Origin: Rhynchopus sp. YZ270_cl-10
Taxonomy: Eukaryota
DNA: 64,000 nt
NCBI GenBank assembly: GCA_964035575.1
Contig: OZ037833.1
Location: 2,294,001 to 2,358,000, forward strand
Direction of reading: 5' to 3'
Shown here piece by piece: positions 48,537 through 57,899 of this stretch (position 1 is the first letter of the stretch; every line of letters starts with the position of its first letter). The notes beneath the pieces were generated by a model. That model searched no databases. It saw only the letters and a program-made list of their open reading frames with translations, and had not been told where the DNA came from. Position numbers and translations under genes: made by a program.

Positions 48537-50835
48537 CCCTTTTAGGAAGAGAACGAAAAAGAATATTTAGAAACAGAGGCTGTTCTATAGCCAATTCTTG
48601 AATATTTGCCTTTCACAAGGTTAATATTGGGAGGATTGGGAGGGGGAGGAACATAATGCAAATGGAAATTCACCTTTTTCATTAGCGGAAGGGAGTTATT
48701 TTATATTTTATTTTTGGAAAAATAAATGGAGTGTTTGGAAGGATTTCATCTATTTCTTACAAAGCAGATCTTCACAAAGTAAGAACGGTGGAACTTTCCT
48801 ACAGAGTGACCATATCCCAACAATCTTATAAAAAATGAAGAAAAAAAAGAAAAGAAAGCAGAAAAAAAAGAAGAAAAAAAAACATTAATGTCAACACAGA
48901 AAGTCAATACCTTGATTTCCATCATAGTATATTCCTTTCTTGTTTCCCCCTCTCTTTCTCCATGAATTTGTGGCTTTTTCTAGCATGTCATAAAAATGAT
49001 AAAAAAACGTATGGCCCGAGTGTCATAGCTGTGCTCTACGTTACAGTGAAAATATACGATCCTGACTCGACTTCGGTGCAGTTTCTCACTTAGGGCAGGG
49101 GAGTCGGGTGGTATTTTTTTTTTTAGTGGTTCGAAAAACCGCATAATCACGGTTTGCAGTTTGAGGCCACTAAAAATGAAAAATGATGACCCACCCGACC
49201 CCTCCTGCTTTCGCAGACTTTATTATGTCAGTGTGCCGGTATGGGATAACAATCCCCAAACCACAAACACACGGTAAGGGGTATCTTCAAAACAACCCTA
49301 TGTGTAATAGCGTGTATCTTACGTACGCGCTGTGTTCAATTTTATTCTCTCCCCACCACAAATTCCCCGAAAAAAAGAATTCGCAGGCGCGCGAATTGCT
49401 TCGATGAGCTTTTTTTTTTTGTTACACAAAAAATAACTGATTTTCTCCTCGTTTTTGGTGATCAAGCAATGGCTTTGATTCATCAACTTTTTGCTATTTT
49501 TTTTTTTATGCTGTGCCAAACAATCTGTGCAGATGTGAATAACCATTTTGGTTGACAAAATAGAGAGGCTTAGGTTTGTCTTACCAAACTTTATTGACAC
49601 TGTATCTGCACCCTCCCGTTCTCCCTCCTTCTCTCTTCCCACCAGATTCTCTTGTTTACACACGAGGTGTTCTGTTCGGCAGTGCACAATCATTAACTCA
49701 CCCCTTCACTCCCCCATTTTTTTTTTTTTTGTTTTTGATGAATTTGTGTTTTTGTTTTTGTTTTTGTTTGTGACGTGAATGTGTCTCAAAAAAGGTAAGG
49801 TTACAACTGATGGAATATCCTGATGTCCTCGGTCGTCCCTTTCTTCAAGATGATGGCAATGTGAGGCTCAAACTCATCTTATCAGCCTCTGTTTAATGTG
49901 TGCACGAGATGATCCATTCATATTTCATTGGCACATTTCATTGCATTTTCAACTCTTTTCTTTACAGCCAATAGCGCTAATTCCCAAAACAAAATCAATT
50001 AAAAAAATCAAATCAAAAAAAAAAAAACTAATAAAGAGGACACACCATCCTCATGTAAAAACACCCTATTTTTTTTTTCTTCTGTTTGTGGTGTGTGGTC
50101 CTGAGGACCCACTCATCTCGTTTCTCTCAAGGCGACTAAGCACGATCGTAGTACTACGACATGTATCGTACTATTACGACACATGTCGTAGTACTTGCTT
50201 ATGGTCATCTTAACAACTTTTTCTCTCTGTTTTTTTGTCCTCTGAAAGGCAACGCCACTGAAAACTGTACAAAAAAAAAAAAAATAAAAAGACATTCCGG
50301 TCGATACATTTCTACGTTGTGCCTTCACCGGAATTCTCAAAAAAAAAAAAAACCCCTTCTTTTTATTACAAAACATTTTAAAAAACTCCGATTTGAAAAA
50401 TTCAAAGAAAATAAAAAAGAATACGTGGAGAAGAGGGGTTAGCAATCTACACCTATTCCCTTTCACCCTCCTCAAACTTTTTTTCTTTTTCAGTGCCCTG
50501 CGTCCGGTATGAATGAGACGTTTTGCACTTTTCAACTTCTCTTTTTTTAAAAGGTGGCTAAGCACAAGCGGCTTGATCATCTTTCCCTTTTCTTTTCTCT
50601 CTCTTCTCTTTTAAAGGAAAACAAAGAAAAAAAAAATACCCCAGAAAAAAAAACCAAAAACAACGTTCTTTTCCCTCTACTCTATTATACAAACCACACA
50701 AATAGACATAAAACTGCATTGTGTCCACCCCGATACACCCTCCTATCGTGCACCAAGGTACACTGTTCACAAGGGGGCTGTTTTATTTCAATTCTATTCT
50801 CTATCAACATTTTTTCCCTACAGAAACACACTACT

Positions 50836-52638
50836 ATGGATATTTCTGCTTTGAAGAAGTTGAGAGTTAAAAGAGCGGATCGTGTTGAGGAGCTTAAAAG
50901 GTTGGAGGTTGAGGCGGGTGGGAAGTTGAAGGAGCAGCTTGACAGTTTGGCTCAGAAGCGCGAAGCGTTGCAGGCAACGCTAAGCGCTTTAGCTGAGACA
51001 CCACAGGCGCAGACTCTGCATTCGGATCCACAAGCCGCAGCAGCCGACCCCCAACCCCATATAGAAACCAACTACGACGACATCGATGAGGAGGAGGAGG
51101 TCGTAAAGGCAGACAACGCTGACATTCTGCCCACAGCCGTGCCCCTTTTGGTTAAGCATACAGAGGATAAAGGAAGGACCTTGGTCGCAACACGCAATGT
51201 CTCAGCAGGAGAGGTGTTGATGGTCGATACAAGCGTGTTAGATATACCAAGTAGTGTCGATTCGTGTCTCATTTCGTCTGCGTTTTCGCACGCATTGCAG
51301 CGGTTCAGAGCTGCAGCGAAAGCGGGCAAAGCTGTTTTACCTCATGAAATCAAGACAAAGGAGTTGGAGTCTGGTGTCGTTGTATTGACCCGCATCCAAA
51401 AGGAAGGGAAGGATGCAGAGCAGGGGTTCGACCTGGCGGCTGTTAATGTAACAGGAGTGCAGTTCCGTGACGGTGTGCTTCCGGTTTTGGTGCAGTATTT
51501 GGAGTCTGCGCAGCGTGAGGGGTCGGCGTGCGAGGCCGTCTTTGACCTATGCTGTCCCATTAAGGATGCAGATGTGGACACCACTGCAAAGTATCTAGCC
51601 CTCTCGCAGGCCTTCCTCCAGGCATTGGGCAGCCTCCCGCAGTACCAGAGCAAGCTGACTGTGGACAAGGCGGTGAGGTTGCTGTTGATTGTACAGTGCA
51701 ACAGCGTGGCGGTGCGGCGGGCTGGGTGCACCTCGCTTGCAGTGTTCCCACAGCTGGCGCTGATTGAGCACAGTTGCACACCAAACGCAACGGCAGTGGT
51801 GCTGCACAAGACAGGCGACAACAGTGAAAGCCTTGTCCGCGTTGTTGCCAACCGTAACATCTCTGCAGGCGAAGCTATCAGCATCAACTACGGCACATCA
51901 TACAACCCTAGAGACGCGCGCCAAACCTCCCTAAAAAAATCACACTTCTTCACATGCGCCTGCCCTCGCTGCAACGGACAGGACTTCTCCCGCAGCTTCA
52001 CAAAAACCCTTGACTCCAGATACACCCCAAGCACAACCCTCGACGACGCCATCAACACCCTCCACACCAGCATCTCCGACGCCTTCGAAGCAAAACTCGA
52101 GCCGCCTTCTGTCGTATCACCTTTCGGGGACGGCGCTGTGTGGGGCGGTGCAAGGGAGCTGTCCACTGAGAGTGCCGCAGACAACATGGACATAGCAAGG
52201 TACGTTCAGGCAGAGGCGACGGCAGTACGGCGGTGGGATGCGTTGCAGGGCGACTGTGTGAAGGGGGAGTGGGCAGGGGTGCAGGATTGGTTTGCATCGG
52301 AGCCTGTGTTGCATCCGTCGCACCATGTCATGATGTCGGTGGCGGTGCAGTGTCTGCCTGTCGCCTACCGGCAGGGCAAGGATGAGGTCGTGTTGTGGCT
52401 GCTGCACGTTCTCACGCTGAACAACTTCTTCGTAGAGGCAGAAGGCAGCATCCCACGCGCCATCGCCTCCACCCTTGCAGAGTTCTGCGACGTTGCCTGT
52501 CGTGTCTGTGCACGCATAAACAGGGCAACATGTGCGACACGCTTCGCAACCCTTGGTGAACACATCCTCAAAACCGCAAACCACACCGACAGCATCCGAC
52601 ACAGAATGCTCAAAAGCACTATAGCCGAGTTGGATTGA
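50836..52638 (+). CDS. SMYD-like SET-domain protein
   Basis: KGRTLVATRNVSAGEVL, FPQLALIEHSCTPNA, AGEAISINYG, post-SET FTCACPRC. First ATG at 50836. Confidence 0.85.
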   Translation: MDISALKKLRVKRADRVEELKRLEVEAGGKLKEQLDSLAQKREALQATLSALAETPQAQTLHSDPQAAAADPQPHIETNYDDIDEEEEVVKADNADILPTAVPLLVKHTEDKGRTLVATRNVSAGEVLMVDTSVLDIPSSVDSCLISSAFSHALQRFRAAAKAGKAVLPHEIKTKELESGVVVLTRIQKEGKDAEQGFDLAAVNVTGVQFRDGVLPVLVQYLESAQREGSACEAVFDLCCPIKDADVDTTAKYLALSQAFLQALGSLPQYQSKLTVDKAVRLLLIVQCNSVAVRRAGCTSLAVFPQLALIEHSCTPNATAVVLHKTGDNSESLVRVVANRNISAGEAISINYGTSYNPRDARQTSLKKSHFFTCACPRCNGQDFSRSFTKTLDSRYTPSTTLDDAINTLHTSISDAFEAKLEPPSVVSPFGDGAVWGGARELSTESAADNMDIARYVQAEATAVRRWDALQGDCVKGEWAGVQDWFASEPVLHPSHHVMMSVAVQCLPVAYRQGKDEVVLWLLHVLTLNNFFVEAEGSIPRAIASTLAEFCDVACRVCARINRATCATRFATLGEHILKTANHTDSIRHRMLKSTIAELD

Positions 52639-53051
52639 AAAAAAAACAGAAGAGAAAGAGAAAATGTATCCTTTTTTTGGGAGTGTTGCGGGATTACCGA
52701 TTTTTGGTAAGTATAGTATTGCACTACGTCTGGCATTTGAAAAATATATTTCTGCCCACGGCAAAAGAGAGCGTGTTTTTGTAACACGATATTTTAGAGA
52801 CATTATATTCTAGAAAATCTACCTTCAAAAAACACTCCACCCTCCCACTTTCTCTCCATTACGAACCCCACCCACCCACTCCCTCACTCCCCCACCACCC
52901 ACGCCACTCTCTTTAACAGAACCAACCCCTTCCCTTCTCTCTATACCTCTTGATCCCGTTCATAATGGTTCGAACACCGGAACGTTGTTTTTCACACGCA
53001 AAGTAGGGTTCTTTCTTTTTTCGTTTATTTATTTAAGCTCTCGCATCCACA

Positions 53052-56000
53052 ATGATGCGCCCGAAGGAAAACCTCCGCGCGATCATGCGGTTCAGCTCCC
53101 AGGACGATGTTGCCGACGACCTCTCTTCGGTGGGCACAGAACGCACAGAGAGTGTCATCCTCACCCCACGCACCTCTGCGATGCTGTGCGGCAGCCCTCC
53201 ACGAGGAAGCTCACGCAGAGCACTACCACGACTGAACAGCAACCCCAACGGGGAAGATAGACGTGGAGACCTAACACGGGTTATGAGTCATTCCCGTAGG
53301 GGAGTGCCTCGTACCTTCTCTGACCGTGGCTTTGCTGGGCATTCTGCGACCTTGGCGCGTATCCTGAATGATGTGCACTATGTGCAGGATGTAGGTGATT
53401 TGGTGCTTCTCGTCTCCCTCTGTGGTGATATCATCCATGAAGTGTTGGGAATGATGAAAAATAAAGTCGACGACGAAGAGGCAGCCATGGATATCACAAA
53501 GGCCACGCTTCTTGCAGAGAAGGTCGTCAACATTACCTCATGGTCGGTTCTACCAGAACTGCGGGAGACAGAAGAGATCGATAAGGACGTCGGTGTACAG
53601 ACCGACCTCGTGAAAGATGCAGGCATCATGGTGATCCCTGAGCTAGAGCTCGATGATATGCACAGCTCAACGAACAACAGCAGGTTGGGGACAGGGACGG
53701 TGAAGCTCTCTGCTGCGCAGTCGCCTTTGAATCGATCCCCCATTTCTTGTTCCCCTTCGTCAAGGAAGTTGAAGCCAGGGTTGTCACCTATTCGAAAGTT
53801 GCCTTCATTTACGGCAGGGTCGTTTCGGGTTGACAATTCTTCTTTATATTTTTCGGGCGCTTCGAAGGCGAATTTGAAGGAAAATTTGCCGAAAAACGAT
53901 CGATTAGATGGGTCTACTGTGATATCACCGGGTCCTGTCTCTCGGATGAGCCAAAAGAACTTGAATACATCCGCAGGCGCACAACAGCAACCAGGGATGA
54001 CACCACAGCTATCCTTCCTTGGCAAAAAACAGCTCTCCTTTGTCAAGCTAAACTCCCCTATGGACAATATGGACGACGACCACAGCAAAGACAAAATGGC
54101 TGCATCCGATGAATCAAATGACGGTGTAAACCCTGCATTCGAAGCCCCTTTACACCCCTTTGGAGAAACCTTCTTCCCCGACCCTTTGCAGGAAGGTGGT
54201 CTTGCTCGGTATCCTATTGATGACATCCATAAGTACGTAGGGATCTTTATTTTGCGTTGCACCGGGGAGGTGTGTATGTGGAATCCGAAGATGGTTGAGC
54301 TCACTGCAATACCCGAGACGGAGGCATGTGGGTGTCATATATCTGCTTTTCTGTTATCTTCGCAGGATCAAAACGAGGTTCTAGACCTAATGGAGCTTGC
54401 CATCTCAACAAAGGAGACTCAACAGACGAAGCTCTCCCTTGCCTGCCAGGACGGAGTCAACCGATGCGTCATCACCCTCACCCTCGTCTCCTCCATCTAC
54501 CCAGAAGGTGTCTACCTAATGTGCTACTGCCACGAAAGGGTTCCCACTGAAACAAAAATTGACTGCATCCTCTGGACCGTCCAAATGATGAAGAAAAATG
54601 TGTTTTCTCTCCCAGAAGGCCCCGAAACAAAAAAGGTGAAGGATGATTTGACAAAATTAGAGCGTGTCTGTGGGAGACAGGGAACCAAGGCGTGGGGTAG
54701 TGTGGTCATCGCAGACCTATTCGGCAGGCTTCTGACGCATTACAGAGAGGAGGCTGTGGAGGTTGGTGTAGAGCTTTGTGTGGGAGAGTTGGACCCATCG
54801 ATACCACCTGAGATTCAGACGGATGTGAAGCATATACCCCAGGTGTTAGGATATCTCATACACAATGGTGTGCGGTTCAACCAGAAGGGCGGGACGGTAA
54901 CGTTGTCTGTTGATAAGGAGGTCATTGAGATGCCGGATCTTAGCGGTGATGACACATCTAAGGTGCACGTTATTGTGTTCAAAATTGAGGACAACGGCCC
55001 CGGACTGCCAGAAGAAATGCTCAGCAAAGTGGACCACAGAATTAGCGAGGAGGATGCGGACCCTGCAGAGTCTGGACAGAAGGGGTTTGGGTTGATGATG
55101 ACGTCGCTGTTGGTGACGGAGTGTGGTGGGTCGCTTGACATTGCTTCTTCAAAGGATGGGACGGTTGCGAAAATTGTTATCCCCTTATTGATGGCAGAAC
55201 AGACGAACCATGCTTTAGACACCGAAACCTTCGAGCAGTCCACATGCACATCGGGGATAGGCGTGAAGGCATTGGTCATCCAACCTAACGCAGTCACCCG
55301 CGCTGCACTGTGCCACTATCTCTGGGCAAGGAAGTACGCAGTGTCCATCGCCTCCAGGGCAGAGGAGGTGTCGGACTTCAACGTCGACGTCATCATCCTG
55401 AACATCGAGGACGACCAGGCAGAAGGGAAGATCTTTGAAAAGCTGAAGACCGTGCCGAACGTAGAGTTGGTCCTCACTGCCATCAGTGTGGGCAACCAAT
55501 TCCGCGATGCGGCAAGCCAAAACGGAATGCGCGTCTTAGGCATCCCATTGAAGCCGCAGGACGTGAAAAGGGTGTTGAATGAGGTCGAAAAAGCGCTGCA
55601 AAACGCGCGCGATGAAAACGAAAAAATTGAGCAGGTCCGAAAGGCCTTCCGCGTCGAAGAGAACACCTGCCCATGGGAGCGCAAAAAGAAGATCGGCTCT
55701 GGCGCCTTCGGCGAAGTCTACGAAGCCGTGAACCTCATTACCAAAGGCGTCATGGCAGTCAAGGTTATACGAATAAAAAACCAAATCGACGGCGACGCCG
55801 AAGCCCTCGAAGCGCTGAATGAAGTCCAGGTTATGTTCCGTCTGCAACACCCGAACATCATACACTACTTCCACTCTCAACTGGAGGACAACGAAGGCGA
55901 GAAGCAACTGCTCATTTTCATGGAATTTGCCTCGGGCGGATCATTGCAGGAGAAGCTGAAGAAGAACGGTCCAATGAGCGTTGAGGAGGCTGCTGGGTAC

Positions 56001-56837
56001 ACCACGGATGTACTGCAGGGTCTGCACTACCTGCACAGCAACAACATTATACATCGTGATATCAAGACTGCGAACATCCTAATCGTCGTCACCCCAGAGC
56101 GAGGCGAGGTCTGCAAAGTCACCGACTTCGGCACTGCAAAGGAAGTAGGCAAACGCGAGGGCGAAGACGACGACGGCCTCGCTCGCTCCCTCAAGGGCAC
56201 ACCAAACTTCATGGCCCCTGAGGTCATGAACGAACAGCCCTACTACTCCAAAGCAGACATCTGGTCTGTCGGCTGCCTCGTTCTCGAACTGCTCACCGGA
56301 AAGCTCCCTTTCTCTCACATCTCCGAAAACCCTTGGAACGTCATCCGCTACGTTTGCTCCCTTTCCACCCCACCAAAAGAAGGCGAGGAAGAAGAGAAAG
56401 AGCAAGAGAAAGAAGAGGACAAAGAAACCCCTCCGGTCGACTTTGGGCCATATACCTTCAATGAAAATACGTTGCAGTTTTTGAATTCGTCAGTGGTGGT
56501 GGATCCGACGTTGAGGCTGCCGTGTACAGAGCTGTTGTCGCTGCCGTTTATTGTGCATGGATCTGCGGAATTAATCAAAATGTATAAAAGGGTTTCGATT
56601 TGTCCAAATTCGTTGAAGCTTCGGTCTACAAAATTGGTGTTTGGTGACAAATGGAAGGATGAAGAGGAGAGCAGAGACTCTTCTGATGGCTTCTCCGGAT
56701 GGGGTTCCGATGGCGACAACGACGGCAGTGTCAACAAAACCAAGAAAAAGTCTTCCATGCCCTTCGGGGAATTCTCCTGGAAACGGAAATCCGAATCCCA
56801 TTCCAAAGGTCTTCACGACAAAGCGACGTCTCTGTAG
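53052..56837 (+). CDS. PAS + HATPase_c + receiver-like + STE11/MAP3K-type Ser/Thr kinase fusion
   Basis: PAS-like GEVCMWNPKMVELT. N-box QVLGYLIHNGVRF, G1 IEDNGPGLP, G2 GFGL. Receiver fold ALVIQPN...DVIILN...LKP. Kinase IGSGAFGEVY, MAVK, HRDIKTANIL, DFG, GTPNFMAPE, ADIWSVGC. Confidence 0.9.
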   Translation: MMRPKENLRAIMRFSSQDDVADDLSSVGTERTESVILTPRTSAMLCGSPPRGSSRRALPRLNSNPNGEDRRGDLTRVMSHSRRGVPRTFSDRGFAGHSATLARILNDVHYVQDVGDLVLLVSLCGDIIHEVLGMMKNKVDDEEAAMDITKATLLAEKVVNITSWSVLPELRETEEIDKDVGVQTDLVKDAGIMVIPELELDDMHSSTNNSRLGTGTVKLSAAQSPLNRSPISCSPSSRKLKPGLSPIRKLPSFTAGSFRVDNSSLYFSGASKANLKENLPKNDRLDGSTVISPGPVSRMSQKNLNTSAGAQQQPGMTPQLSFLGKKQLSFVKLNSPMDNMDDDHSKDKMAASDESNDGVNPAFEAPLHPFGETFFPDPLQEGGLARYPIDDIHKYVGIFILRCTGEVCMWNPKMVELTAIPETEACGCHISAFLLSSQDQNEVLDLMELAISTKETQQTKLSLACQDGVNRCVITLTLVSSIYPEGVYLMCYCHERVPTETKIDCILWTVQMMKKNVFSLPEGPETKKVKDDLTKLERVCGRQGTKAWGSVVIADLFGRLLTHYREEAVEVGVELCVGELDPSIPPEIQTDVKHIPQVLGYLIHNGVRFNQKGGTVTLSVDKEVIEMPDLSGDDTSKVHVIVFKIEDNGPGLPEEMLSKVDHRISEEDADPAESGQKGFGLMMTSLLVTECGGSLDIASSKDGTVAKIVIPLLMAEQTNHALDTETFEQSTCTSGIGVKALVIQPNAVTRAALCHYLWARKYAVSIASRAEEVSDFNVDVIILNIEDDQAEGKIFEKLKTVPNVELVLTAISVGNQFRDAASQNGMRVLGIPLKPQDVKRVLNEVEKALQNARDENEKIEQVRKAFRVEENTCPWERKKKIGSGAFGEVYEAVNLITKGVMAVKVIRIKNQIDGDAEALEALNEVQVMFRLQHPNIIHYFHSQLEDNEGEKQLLIFMEFASGGSLQEKLKKNGPMSVEEAAGYTTDVLQGLHYLHSNNIIHRDIKTANILIVVTPERGEVCKVTDFGTAKEVGKREGEDDDGLARSLKGTPNFMAPEVMNEQPYYSKADIWSVGCLVLELLTGKLPFSHISENPWNVIRYVCSLSTPPKEGEEEEKEQEKEEDKETPPVDFGPYTFNENTLQFLNSSVVVDPTLRLPCTELLSLPFIVHGSAELIKMYKRVSICPNSLKLRSTKLVFGDKWKDEEESRDSSDGFSGWGSDGDNDGSVNKTKKKSSMPFGEFSWKRKSESHSKGLHDKATSL

Positions 56838-56949
56838 ACTGTAGAAGCAAAACAGAGGGCTTCTTTTCTAAGAAAACCCTATGTCTCAGGGGGGTGATGT
56901 GGACTTTCTTTACACAGGGTCCGAAAAGGGGTGGGGTTTCAAAAAAAAA

Positions 56950-57002
56950 TAGTGGAGTTCATCCTCGGGTGTCTACTAATACAACCAAGTTTTCAAAAAA
57001 AA
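56950..57002 (+). repeat. Dispersed short repeat family B (other copies 32758-32811 +, 5759-5819 -, 10741-10775 -)
   Basis: Shared TAGTGGAGTTCATCCTCGGGTGTC...CTAATACAACC.AGTTTTCA core. Confidence 0.8.
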
Positions 57003-57899
57003 GTAAATGCATTGTCACTACAAGGGATGATACCAGTAAAAAAAAACTGTTGAGGTTTCTTTAGTGTGGTGGCAAGAGAGCGAAGTAACGAATGTGTGGT
57101 CAAAGGGGAGGGATGAGTGGATGTGTTTAATGATAATCATTTATGGGCAATATTCCTGCGCTGATTGTCAAATGGTGATTCATCTCGGTGTAAAGACTTC
57201 CTCGAACTTTATGTTTGCACAGAACCGAGGGAAAAAATTTTCCGGCAGGTGTAAAGTAATTGTGTACACAACAAGATAAAAAAAAAAAAAATGGTTGTGT
57301 ATACACAACCCGTCCTCACACAAGCGATGGTCGAAACTACAAAAAACCAGAAAACAGAAGCAAATAACCCTGCGAAATGGCCTCACCCATAATGACCCTG
57401 GGGAAAATGCTTCCGCTGATTTCCCATTGTCCAAAAAAATTCTATTGTCCCCCTACAAAGATGACCTGTAGTTTCATCTTTCACTAAACTTTCTCTATTT
57501 ATTTCTCTTGTGTTTTCTCTCTTTGCCTTAAGTATACGACGATGAGACCCGACACTTCAATTTTAAGATCCACTCCCCCCCCCTTCTCCTTCACCCCCTC
57601 TTCCTCCCCCCCCAAATCCCGCACCCAGGAAACCCCTCTCCCCCCTCCCACCACCCACTACAATACAATACACAAACCATAACGAGCCCTCCCTCTCATT
57701 TTTCTCTCTTTTCACCGTTTTCACCTCATTTTTCGACCATTCTTTTTGGAAATATGAAGTTATAGCCGCCCCATTTGATTGTATTTTTTTCTTTTTTCTT
57801 TTCTTTTCCCCCCAAAAACGTTGTTTAATTCCATCTGTTTCTCCCTCTCTTATTTGGGGGCTTCTTCTTCTTCAGTTTCCTCTTTCAGAGAATCCCTTT

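Noticed and set aside
50137..50200. Short palindrome around GTACTACGACATGT
   Set aside because: Single small copy with no support for function, possibly a MITE remnant.
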